Assembly (NCBI GenBank): GCA_022729835.1
Contig: DZBC01000001.1
Location: forward strand, 1-36,643
From: Sulfuricurvum sp.
GTDB lineage: Bacteria > Campylobacterota > Campylobacteria > Campylobacterales > Sulfurimonadaceae
Direction of reading: 5' to 3'
Length of the DNA stretch: 36,643 bases
The position numbers were made by a program, and so were the translations under genes. This document shows positions 28,866-36,643 of the stretch, in pieces (within the stretch, counting starts at the first letter, position 1; every line of letters starts with the position of its first letter). The notes below the pieces were generated by a model, which did no database searches, was not told the origin of the DNA, and saw only the letters and a list, made by a program, of their open reading frames with translations.

Positions 28866-29428
28866 AGCTCAATCTCGCACGTCAGACGCTCTACATGTTG
28901 ATTGTGGCAATCGTGTTAATGGTGATCGTTTTTCTGTTTTCGCTCTTTTTTCTGATTCCTCAGGGCAAAACCTACCGTATGGAACGAATTTTGATGAAGA
29001 AAGAGGCGCTTCAAGAGCGTGAATATCAAGCGCTTTATGATGAAACGCACGCACATCTGCAGCAGCTTCGCAGCAATCACAAGCATGTGATCGGTGCTTT
29101 TGAAAACCGATTTGATCCAGCGCGTTTTGTTGATCTGTTCCGTGGCGCTTTTGATGCCCTTACCCTTTCACCGCTATTAACGGTGGAAAATAATGAGAGC
29201 GAATTTACGATCTATGAGGTAAACACCTCTTCGCGCATCGATTCACCACGTATTTTTTACGATTTTTTAGATCAGATCAACAAGAGTGAGTGGGTGATCA
29301 AGGTTAATTTCCCGATCCACTTTGAGCGTGAAGGAGCGCAGATTCGCTCCAGTTTTAGCATGCGTGTCTACGCTTTTGACAAAAGTGAAACGACCCAAGA
29401 GAATGCTTCGGGCTCTTCAAATAGATAG
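28862..29428 (+). CDS. PilO-like bitopic membrane protein
   Basis: 188 aa. GTGA overlaps the upstream stop, and SD GAGGAGG is present. A TM helix (LYMLIVAIVLMVIVFLFSLFFLI) and a coiled coil are followed by the C-domain FTIYEVNTSSRIDSPRIFYDFLDQINKSEWVIKVNFPIHF, which matches the PilO pattern. Confidence 0.5.
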   Translation: MKLNLARQTLYMLIVAIVLMVIVFLFSLFFLIPQGKTYRMERILMKKEALQEREYQALYDETHAHLQQLRSNHKHVIGAFENRFDPARFVDLFRGAFDALTLSPLLTVENNESEFTIYEVNTSSRIDSPRIFYDFLDQINKSEWVIKVNFPIHFEREGAQIRSSFSMRVYAFDKSETTQENASGSSNR

Positions 29429-30357
29429 CCGCGCAGCAGTGCGGGGATACCCAGAGTGCGGCAGTGCTCTTTAAAAGTTGCCTCCATCACGCATCGGCGA
29501 TAGGGGGCGATATAGGTGTAGTGCGCTGTGATGGAGACAGCAAAGCGTCTGCCGACAACCCAATTGCAGCGCCCTTTGAGGGCTTGGCGATCTCCTTTGC
29601 GCATCAGATGTCCACGTGATTTAAGTATGCGGTCGATGACGATTTTGTTGTGCCGCGCGTCGCTTAAGGTGGTAAAAAGGGTCAACTCTTTGGTATGGTA
29701 GAGGTGCGGGGCCTCAAAAGCGGTGTCCTCTTCGAGATACTCAAAGCTACGCTTGATCCCCTGTGCATACTCAGCCAGCAGGGGGGTGGCGAAGCGGTGG
29801 CGGAAGCGGTTACGCGCTAGGGCTTCGTCGGTATTGCTTGCGTCTTCTAGCCATTGGATCTCTTGGTGGCGGAGATACTCCAGCAACTCCGCTTTGCTTA
29901 CATGTAAGAGGGGCCGGATCAGCGTGTAGCCTTCACGCTCTTCGATTGTTTGCATCCCCAAAAGTTCATACACACCTGATCCTTTGCAAAGCTGCATCAA
30001 AAACCACTCCAAACGATCACCCAGATGGTGGGCCGTTAGCAAGACATCATAACCGTGTTCACGTATAAGACGCTCGAAAAATTGGTAGCGCATGCGCCGT
30101 GCTTCTGACTCAAAATTGCGTTCGATAGGCGGCGCAATCATTTGATGGCAGGTTTTGTGGTGGATGCGGGCGAGTTCCATAGCCCCCTGCGCTTCGGTGT
30201 CACTTTGGGCTCGTGTGCGGTAATTGACATGGGCGATATCAAAAGGGCAACCTTGTTCTAGCAACAGGTGAAACAGTGCGGTAGAGTCAGAACCGCCGGA
30301 AAAGGCGAGGAGGGCTTTAGCGCCCTGAAGTGCCGCTAGTGTGTGCTGCTCAAGCAA
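29368..30357 (-). CDS. tilS: tRNA(Ile)-lysidine synthase
   Basis: 329 aa. It has the PP-loop motif LAFSGGSDSTAL, HVNYRTR and TAHHLGDRLE. It overlaps the rimO stop by 8 nt. Confidence 0.9.
   Translation of the reverse strand: MLEQHTLAALQGAKALLAFSGGSDSTALFHLLLEQGCPFDIAHVNYRTRAQSDTEAQGAMELARIHHKTCHQMIAPPIERNFESEARRMRYQFFERLIREHGYDVLLTAHHLGDRLEWFLMQLCKGSGVYELLGMQTIEEREGYTLIRPLLHVSKAELLEYLRHQEIQWLEDASNTDEALARNRFRHRFATPLLAEYAQGIKRSFEYLEEDTAFEAPHLYHTKELTLFTTLSDARHNKIVIDRILKSRGHLMRKGDRQALKGRCNWVVGRRFAVSITAHYTYIAPYRRCVMEATFKEHCRTLGIPALLRGYLFEEPEAFSWVVSLLSKA
29898..29907. repeat. perfect TTACATGTAA palindrome (12-mer CTTACATGTAAG, 29897-29908)
   Basis: Read directly. It lies inside tilS (minus strand) and is read as L-H-V. 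Confidence 0.95.
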
Positions 30358-31660
30358 TCACGCACCCAAGCAGCTTGTCGCCTGCACGCTCTGTGATGCG
30401 CACGGTGTAGATCTGTCCGAAGCCCAGCGCTTCGTCGATCTCACGGTCGTTGATGTAGATCTCTCCGTCCACATCCGGCGCCCAGATGAGTGCGCGAGCG
30501 CTGAGCAGAGATTCGTGTTCGTCGCTTTCGCCGTCAATGATCACCTGCAACTCTTGAGCAATAAGGGCATCGAGGCTTTTGTGGGTTACATGTAAGGCAA
30601 TATTACCTAGATGTTGCGCCCGTTGCTCGATGGTTGCATCGTCTAAATGGCCGTCCATGCCAAAGGCGCTTGTCCCCTCTTCGTCGGAATAGGAAAAGAC
30701 GTTGATGCGGTCAAACCCAAAGGTAGCGGCAAAATCGCAAAGCTCCTCAAGCATCACTTCGCTCTCTTGCGGATGACCGACGATGAAGCTTGTGCGCACG
30801 AAACTGTTCGGTAGCGCACGCATGGCGCGCAACAACTCAAGTGTTTTGTCGCGCCCGAATCCACGCTTCATCAGCCGCAGCATATCGTCATTGATGTGCT
30901 GGATCGGCATGTCGAAATAGTTGTGAAACACCTTTGATTCGCCTATACATGTAACGAGTTTGAGGCTGGTGGTGGAGGGGTAGAGGTAGAGAATGCGTGC
31001 GCTTTTGACCCCTTCGATCAGCTCGATGCGCTTGATGAGGTAGATCAGACCGTCTTGGATATTCTGGTCGCGCAGGTAAGAGCTGGAGTCTTGGGAGACA
31101 AAGCTAAAATCATAGTAGCCGCGCTTCACCAGCCCCTCTACTTCACGCGCCACCACATCCAGATCGCGCGAATGGAGCTTGCCTTTGAACGAGGGGATGG
31201 CGCAGAAGCTGCAATGCTGGTTGCACCCCTCGGAGAGTTTGATGTAGGCATGGTAGCTTGAGCCGCTCACCACGCGCTCTTCGGTGCCGATGAGGTAGAC
31301 TTGCTCGCTAAAGCGACTCTGTTTTTGCGCGAGTAGCTCGTCGATGCGGTCGTAATCGCCCACTCCGGTAAAGATGTCCACCTCTTCAAGCTCTTTGGAA
31401 AGCTCCTCTTTGTAGCGCTCGGAGAGACAGCCCGTCATCACAAGCACCGACTCCTCTTTTCGCTGCTCATGCAGATTCATGATGGTGCCCAGCGATTCGG
31501 CTTTGGCGGCATCGATAAAGCCGCAGGTGTTGACGATGATGACATCCGCTTCGCTTGCTTCGTCGGTGAGGGCGTAGTTTTGGAGTCGTCCCATCATCAC
31601 TTCGGTATCGACAAGATTTTTGGTACAGCCCAAAGAGACGACATGTAACTTTTTTTGCAT
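30350..31660 (-). CDS. rimO: ribosomal protein S12 methylthiotransferase
   Basis: 436 aa. It has the N-domain LHVVSLGCTKNLVDTE, the radical-SAM motif GCNQHCSFCAIPSFKG and a C-terminal TRAM domain. It is a MiaB paralogue with the RimO-type N-terminus. Confidence 0.88.
   Translation of the reverse strand: MQKKLHVVSLGCTKNLVDTEVMMGRLQNYALTDEASEADVIIVNTCGFIDAAKAESLGTIMNLHEQRKEESVLVMTGCLSERYKEELSKELEEVDIFTGVGDYDRIDELLAQKQSRFSEQVYLIGTEERVVSGSSYHAYIKLSEGCNQHCSFCAIPSFKGKLHSRDLDVVAREVEGLVKRGYYDFSFVSQDSSSYLRDQNIQDGLIYLIKRIELIEGVKSARILYLYPSTTSLKLVTCIGESKVFHNYFDMPIQHINDDMLRLMKRGFGRDKTLELLRAMRALPNSFVRTSFIVGHPQESEVMLEELCDFAATFGFDRINVFSYSDEEGTSAFGMDGHLDDATIEQRAQHLGNIALHVTHKSLDALIAQELQVIIDGESDEHESLLSARALIWAPDVDGEIYINDREIDEALGFGQIYTVRITERAGDKLLGCVIA
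30586..30595. repeat. perfect TTACATGTAA palindrome
   Basis: Read directly. It lies inside rimO (minus strand) and is read as L-H-V. Confidence 0.95.
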
Positions 31661-31671
31661 TCTATCTGCCC

Positions 31672-31697
31672 TTGTTATAATGGCACCATTATAACAA
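31672..31697. promoter_or_regulatory. 26-bp inverted repeat TTGTTATAATGG-ca-CCATTATAACAA carrying an extended -10 (TGtTATAAT) on each strand
   Basis: It has perfect 12-bp arms and a 2-nt spacer, and sits in the 46-nt gap between the divergent rimO ATG (31660) and the flavoprotein GTG (31707). TATAAT is at 31676-31681 on the plus strand and 31693-31688 on the minus strand. Confidence 0.5.
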
Positions 31698-31706
31698 AGA
31701 GGGCGT

Positions 31707-32864
31707 GTGAAGCAGTTTGACGTTTTGATTTTGGGTGCGGGCGCGAGCGGGCTGATGTGCGCGGCGCAGATTGTGGCGCAGAGCAGCTTACACGTAGGGC
31801 TGATCGACGGAAATACTCAAATTGGCATGAAGTTACGGATCTCAGGCGGGGGAAAGTGTAATATCACCAACACTGAGGTGGATGCATCGCACTATCTGGG
31901 AGATGAGGCCTTTGTACAGCGCGTGCTTGATGCTTTTTCGCGTGATGATCTTCTGCGCTTTCTGGCTATACACGATCTGCGTCCCATTATACGCAAGGAG
32001 CGCTACTACTTTTGTCCTGACTCTTCTGAGCAGATTATTCGGATTTTACGCACGCTTTGCGCTCCATGCACCATGTTGTTAGGCCGGAAGTGCTTACATG
32101 TAACCCGCGAAGAGGATCAATTTGTCGTCGTGACCGATCAAGGGGTGTATCGTGCCGGCAATCTGGTTGTCGCTACAGGTGCGGAGAGTTATAAAAGTAT
32201 CGGAGCGAGTGCGGTGGGACTGGAAATTGCCAAAAGTTTTGGTCATGCAGTAAAACCGTTTTATCCGGCGCTTGTGGGCATGACTTTGCAAAGCGATCAG
32301 TTTTGGATGAAAGAGCTGAGCGGTATTTCGCTACCGGTGCGCATTAGGGTAGGACAGAAGGTGTTACAAGAAGATCTGCTTTTTGCGCATAAAGGAATTA
32401 GCGGACCGGCGGTGCTGAGCGCTTCGCTCTATTGGCATAAAGGGGAAATGTCGATCGATTTTTTGCCAACGGTTGAACTAAACCGCCTTTGTGGACGCGA
32501 TCAAAAGCAGATCAGTACGGTGTTGCCGCTACCAAAACGCTTTGTGAAGGCTTTTCTCGAGACAATTGGCGTACCTGACAAACCCTGCGGCTCCCTTACG
32601 CTGCAGGAGCGATCAAGGCTTGAAGCGCTACAGGATTACAGGTTCTCTCCTGCAGGCAATTTTGGCTTCACAAAAGCTGAAGCGTGTCGTGGCGGTGTCG
32701 ATACCAGCCAAATTGATCCCGCTTCTATGGAGAGTTTGCGGCAAAAGGGACTCTATTGGATTGGTGAAGTGCTCGATGTGACCGGGGAGTTGGGCGGATA
32801 TAATTTTCAGTGGGCTTTCAGCAGTGCAGTGGTGTGTGCGAGGAATTTGCGGCAGAATCCTTAA
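31707..32864 (+). CDS. NAD(P)/FAD-dependent oxidoreductase, HI0933/YhiN (BaiN-like) family
   Basis: 385 aa with a GTG start. The dinucleotide-binding motif is DVLILGAGASGLMCA. SGGGKCNITN and the C-terminal GEVLDVTGELGGYNFQWAFSS are typical of the HI0933-like family. Confidence 0.8.
   Translation: MKQFDVLILGAGASGLMCAAQIVAQSSLHVGLIDGNTQIGMKLRISGGGKCNITNTEVDASHYLGDEAFVQRVLDAFSRDDLLRFLAIHDLRPIIRKERYYFCPDSSEQIIRILRTLCAPCTMLLGRKCLHVTREEDQFVVVTDQGVYRAGNLVVATGAESYKSIGASAVGLEIAKSFGHAVKPFYPALVGMTLQSDQFWMKELSGISLPVRIRVGQKVLQEDLLFAHKGISGPAVLSASLYWHKGEMSIDFLPTVELNRLCGRDQKQISTVLPLPKRFVKAFLETIGVPDKPCGSLTLQERSRLEALQDYRFSPAGNFGFTKAEACRGGVDTSQIDPASMESLRQKGLYWIGEVLDVTGELGGYNFQWAFSSAVVCARNLRQNP
32094..32103. 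repeat. perfect TTACATGTAA palindrome
   Basis: Read directly. It lies inside the flavoprotein gene and is read as L-H-V. Confidence 0.95.
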
Positions 32865-33016
32865 ATTTATTTGCGATAAATGCCGATTTTGTGCTACCAT
32901 AAATCCCTATTAATGTTCTGGAAATATTGTGCTCATTTGACATGTTTTTTTGTGTTTATATTGAAACATATAGATCGTTTGACAGGTTCGGTATTTTGAT
33001 TTGAAAAGGTTGTGTT

Positions 33017-36000
33017 ATGAACATGAACGCTTTTGTGATGAAGTTGGCCTTTGTGCTTTTGTCGCTTTTTATCTTTGTGGGTTGCGGAACGAATAATTCG
33101 CAGACGGTTCCAGAAGCTCCCGTCGTTGACACAAATGTATCTACTGCTCCTGCAGTATTGGCGCTGTATGGTGGTGATCGTAAAACCGTCACAGAAGATG
33201 CTCAGACGTTGAATATTACGATCCAAGCATGGACCAAAAGCAATACTCCTGCAGAGGGAGCAATCATAGCGCAGGCGATGGAAAGTGACGGAAAAAATGG
33301 AAAGTTGACACCCGCAAACGTTTCACTAGTCAGCGGCCTTGCGACTTTTACTTATACTGCACCTGATAATCTGCAAGCTGAAATCGATGCTAATAATACA
33401 GAAACAAGTTTTCGTTTTTACAGTGACTCAAATGATGTCGATCCTGTAACCGTCACTATTCTTTTTAACACAAAAGTTACCGATCAAAATTTATCAGACG
33501 CTCCGGCGGTTTTGGCGATTTACGGAGGCGGTAGTAAAACGGTTGCAGAGAATGGACAGGTTATTAGCATTACAGTGCAAGCTTGGACTCAGGAAAACAC
33601 TCCCGCAGAAGGAATTATTGCGGTACAAGTACTTGAAAATGACGGAAAAAACGGAATGCTGACACCCTCAACCGTTGAGCTTGAAAATGGACTTGCGACC
33701 TTTACCTACACGGCTCCACAAAATCTTCAAGCTGAAATCGATTCAAACAACACCGGAACAATTTTTAGTTTTTTCAGTAAAACCAACGAAATTGAACCTG
33801 TAACTGCGACGATTCGCTTTGATACGACCGCTACGGGAGAGACAACCGGTAACCCTATAGCAAAATTAGAAGTCATTAATGGCTCAACTACCCTTACCGG
33901 TGATGGGGAATCTATTAATGTTCAAGTATTAGCAAAAGACAAATTTGGTTATGCGGTCAAAGGGGGAACTGTACGCGTCAAATACCCTGCCAATGCTGTC
34001 AAAGTAGGAATATTTGGAATGGATGAAGTGCCTGTGGGTGCCAATGGCATTGCTGCATTTAGTTATACTGGGCCTGCTCCCATATACTATGGCTATGCGC
34101 AATTTACATTTGAATATAAGGAAGACCCAAACTACTCAACTACCTGGAGCGTTTCATTCGTGCCTCTTTCTGAGCCACAAGAGCCGCAAGATCCAGTGTA
34201 TCCTATTGTTAGCATTGCAGCCACTGAAGATATCGTTGCCAATACTGACGCTTATACTAAAACCATAGAAGTGATTGCATTGATGTCTGGTAATCTTCCA
34301 GCACCTTCAGGTTTTGTTAGTGTTGTTTATCCAGCAGATGTAAAAACAAAAAACATTGGTTACTTTACGCCTGCAAAGGCGGAAATATTGAATGGAAAAG
34401 CGACGTTCACTTATACGGGTCCTACGCCGCTCGTAAGTGAAGTGGAGCAATATTTCACATTCAGGGCAACGAATTATCCATCTGCATCAGATACAGTTAA
34501 AGTTAGCTATGTGCCGACAATCGATCCTACCAGCCCCATAGCCCAAACGCTAATAGTGGTCAATGACGATGATAATAATGTAGCGAATGGGAAGTTGATT
34601 GAGATCACAAAAAACAGTGAAGTTGTTAAAGTAAAGGTACGTGTTTATGGTGCTGATAACAATCCGTTTACAGGGGGTAATGTCAGGATTACATATCCCA
34701 GCGTTGCCGTTGACGGTAAAGACGTAGGCTCATTTGCTTCGTTGAGCGTTCCATGTGTTAATGGAGAAGCGGAATTCACCTATACAGCTCCTGCGGATCT
34801 GAAAGGTAGGAGTGATTCATTCGCATTCACATTTTATCATGACAGTACGAATAGCCCTGCTTCTCAAAGTTTAACCATGAGGATGAATCCAAGCGGGAAT
34901 CAACTGGTTTTGGCAAACTACGAGATCGTTTTGGCTGCTGCGAATGGAAATTTTGAGATGAATCTAGAATCAGGGAGATCGTTTACGGCCTCTGTGATAG
35001 ACGATAAGGGCAATAATCTGACTCAGGATGCGAACTACATCATTACCAATGACTACACTACTTTTGCAGATATCAATGATACAATCGGCGTGGGTGCAAC
35101 GCCAAATTTGACGATTGTGGGTTTCAGTGTCAATTTTAGTGTCACAACGAAGAGAAAATCGGGAACATTCCCGATTAAGGTCAGTGCGACCTTCACGGAT
35201 ATTAATGGTCAAGTGAAAACAATATCTGCGATCTTTAACATAACGATATTTTCAGGACCTCCGACGGCCATGAGTATTAGTTATGTTGAAACAGGGCAGG
35301 ATAAAGAACATTCACAATTCATTGAAGTAATGAGCGTCAAGCTGACGGATAAATATAACAATCCTGTCAACACGCGTCCAATGATCCATTTTGGGGCGAT
35401 TGCCGGATATGCCAAAGATCCATCTCAGTATCCGCAGATTAAGGCCGCAGTAGATGCTATGGTAGCGATACCAAGCAATGCCGATTATCCGACAAGCAAG
35501 CTTTACAATGGCAATATGATCGCCTTGCGGAATGATGCAAAAGTAGATAACTACTTAGTTGATCAGGCAATCATTAGCTTGAAGCAAAACACCCTAGGCG
35601 GAGTTTCCACCAGTTATAATTTGACTGGTCTCGATGTCTATAACAACACGATAGTCCTCTTTGGTGACGGATACGTATATCACAAATCCGGGAAATGGGA
35701 TTTAGCCTCAGTGGACGGAGCAGACAAGCTGATCGTGAATGAGAAATTTGAAGGCACTTCCCCGAATTTTGATATGGGATTTGCAATCGGCAATAACTTC
35801 AGACAAGATACGTGCCAATTCGGTCAAGAGTGGGTTTTGACCACGGAGTCAAATGACTTCAACGACACGACGTCGGGCAATACAAACGCCACAGAGTTGG
35901 ATAATGGTAACTATAGAGTGGATGAATCGGGATATGCTCGTGTCAAATTGTATTACGACTACTATTTGGCAGGTAAAGATGTGGTTGTCTATGCCAATCT

Positions 36001-36373
36001 CCTAGGAGATGTACTGGGTGCGCCTGATAATACTTTTCGCGTTGGTGAGGCCCAAAAAGTGACGCTTCGCGGTCATGGACTCTTTCCTGTTCCTGTAGCT
36101 TACACCATCCCTGCCAATTCACCTTTGAGTTCAGGTTATACGTTTGAATGGATGCTTAAGGACACGGTTGAGTGGTATCGCAATGCTAATTTCGGAGGAT
36201 TTGAAATAAAAGTATCAGGGCAAGGTGCTTACTGCACCAATCCTGTTTTGAATGACTACCGTCATTGTGGCAATGAAGGTGTTGCCTATATCAGTTACTC
36301 CTGTGCAGGTGGCGCTCAAGATGGAACAGTGACTATGAGCGATGCTATCGTCTCGGCAGAACTTCAATATTAA
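33017..36373 (+). CDS. large surface-type lipoprotein built from at least 5-6 Ig-like (Big/invasin-type) repeats plus a roughly 350-aa C-terminal domain of unknown type
   Basis: 1118 aa. The signal peptide has a lipobox (LSLFIFVGC, Cys23). Repeated modules of about 113-122 aa each end in the motif G-x-A-x-F-[TS]-Y-T-[AG]-P. A later SVKLTDKYNNPV segment is typical of Big_1 domains. Confidence 0.75.
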   Translation: MNMNAFVMKLAFVLLSLFIFVGCGTNNSQTVPEAPVVDTNVSTAPAVLALYGGDRKTVTEDAQTLNITIQAWTKSNTPAEGAIIAQAMESDGKNGKLTPANVSLVSGLATFTYTAPDNLQAEIDANNTETSFRFYSDSNDVDPVTVTILFNTKVTDQNLSDAPAVLAIYGGGSKTVAENGQVISITVQAWTQENTPAEGIIAVQVLENDGKNGMLTPSTVELENGLATFTYTAPQNLQAEIDSNNTGTIFSFFSKTNEIEPVTATIRFDTTATGETTGNPIAKLEVINGSTTLTGDGESINVQVLAKDKFGYAVKGGTVRVKYPANAVKVGIFGMDEVPVGANGIAAFSYTGPAPIYYGYAQFTFEYKEDPNYSTTWSVSFVPLSEPQEPQDPVYPIVSIAATEDIVANTDAYTKTIEVIALMSGNLPAPSGFVSVVYPADVKTKNIGYFTPAKAEILNGKATFTYTGPTPLVSEVEQYFTFRATNYPSASDTVKVSYVPTIDPTSPIAQTLIVVNDDDNNVANGKLIEITKNSEVVKVKVRVYGADNNPFTGGNVRITYPSVAVDGKDVGSFASLSVPCVNGEAEFTYTAPADLKGRSDSFAFTFYHDSTNSPASQSLTMRMNPSGNQLVLANYEIVLAAANGNFEMNLESGRSFTASVIDDKGNNLTQDANYIITNDYTTFADINDTIGVGATPNLTIVGFSVNFSVTTKRKSGTFPIKVSATFTDINGQVKTISAIFNITIFSGPPTAMSISYVETGQDKEHSQFIEVMSVKLTDKYNNPVNTRPMIHFGAIAGYAKDPSQYPQIKAAVDAMVAIPSNADYPTSKLYNGNMIALRNDAKVDNYLVDQAIISLKQNTLGGVSTSYNLTGLDVYNNTIVLFGDGYVYHKSGKWDLASVDGADKLIVNEKFEGTSPNFDMGFAIGNNFRQDTCQFGQEWVLTTESNDFNDTTSGNTNATELDNGNYRVDESGYARVKLYYDYYLAGKDVVVYANLLGDVLGAPDNTFRVGEAQKVTLRGHGLFPVPVAYTIPANSPLSSGYTFEWMLKDTVEWYRNANFGGFEIKVSGQGAYCTNPVLNDYRHCGNEGVAYISYSCAGGAQDGTVTMSDAIVSAELQY
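33146..33853 (+). repeat. tandem coding repeat, 2 x 354 nt (2 x 118 aa), the two most similar Ig-like modules
   Basis: Unit 1 is 33146-33499 (APAVLALYGG...QNLSD). Unit 2 is 33500-33853 (APAVLAIYGG...ETTGN). My hand alignment finds 72 of 118 residues identical. Confidence 0.85.
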
Positions 36374-36387
36374 TAAAGGTGAAAAGT

Positions 36388-36643
36388 ATGATAAAGAAAA
36401 TAACAAGTTTGGCTCTTTTGTTGGCAAGCGTATCGACATTTGCATATGACGGCACCTCCAAGTCTCTAGTAGGTGTAGAATTTGGCTATTCACAACTGGA
36501 GTACAATGTAGATGATTCAGCGCTTGGTACGGGTAGTGATGATGAACGTTTTGGGGTGATCGGGCTTAAAATAGGTGCAGAGAATGAAGAGGCCCGTGTG
36601 TTTATCGATGGACACTACTACAATACCAGTGGCGATTTTGATT
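36388..36643 (+). CDS. outer-membrane beta-barrel protein, 5' fragment (runs off the window)
   Basis: It starts 14 nt after the lipoprotein stop. The signal peptide MIKKITSLALLLASVSTFA is followed by amphipathic strands (LVGVEFGYSQLEY, FGVIGLKIGAE, VFIDGHYY) typical of small OMP beta-barrels. Confidence 0.55.
   Translation, partial: MIKKITSLALLLASVSTFAYDGTSKSLVGVEFGYSQLEYNVDDSALGTGSDDERFGVIGLKIGAENEEARVFIDGHYYNTSGDFD

Noticed and set aside
33146-34903. Regularly spaced repeats that could be mistaken for a CRISPR array or satellite
   Set aside because: The units are 340-370 nt, diverged and in frame, and they encode Ig-like modules of one long ORF. There are no short identical direct repeats with unique spacers.

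Overview
The window looks like core chromosome from a roughly 50% GC member of the Campylobacterota (epsilonproteobacteria). Supporting signs are a Campylobacter-type MOMP porin, the small-gene/miaB/DUF374 order seen in Helicobacter, extended -10 promoters, and very tight gene packing. I could not identify the species. About 43 genes are supportable. They include two TrmH/SpoU RNA methyltransferases, a RodZ-like protein, an AlaC-like aminotransferase, hom, and the rpmJ-rpsM-rpsK-rpsD-rpoA-rplQ cluster (rpmJ is absent from the ORF track). Further genes are a NifU-like protein, murE, a thioredoxin-like 2Fe-2S ferredoxin, panD, ybaB, ispA, tkt, rsfS-nadD, pgk-tpiA-fabI, a MOMP-like porin and a lone Opp/Dpp-type permease. 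The rest are nusA, an 8-gene overlapping string (small HP0268-like gene, miaB, DUF374, membrane protein, Xer recombinase, PilM/N/O-like trio), rimO-tilS, an HI0933-type flavoprotein, and a low-GC 1118-aa lipoprotein made of Ig-like repeats followed by a truncated beta-barrel gene. I found no rRNA, tRNA, CRISPR array, IS element or prophage. The most striking signal is not a gene. The palindrome (C)TTACATGTAA(G) occurs 9 times as a perfect 10-mer, and its 8-mer core TACATGTA occurs 18 times. Copies lie in 11 unrelated genes on both strands and in 3 spacers, far above chance. The reading-frame pattern points to selection or drive at the DNA level, as seen for HIP1 or DNA uptake sequences. Secondary points are the orphan PilMNO-like cassette fused to the xer operon, the low-GC repeat lipoprotein with its beta-barrel partner, and a 26-bp palindrome carrying two opposed extended -10 boxes between rimO and the flavoprotein gene.
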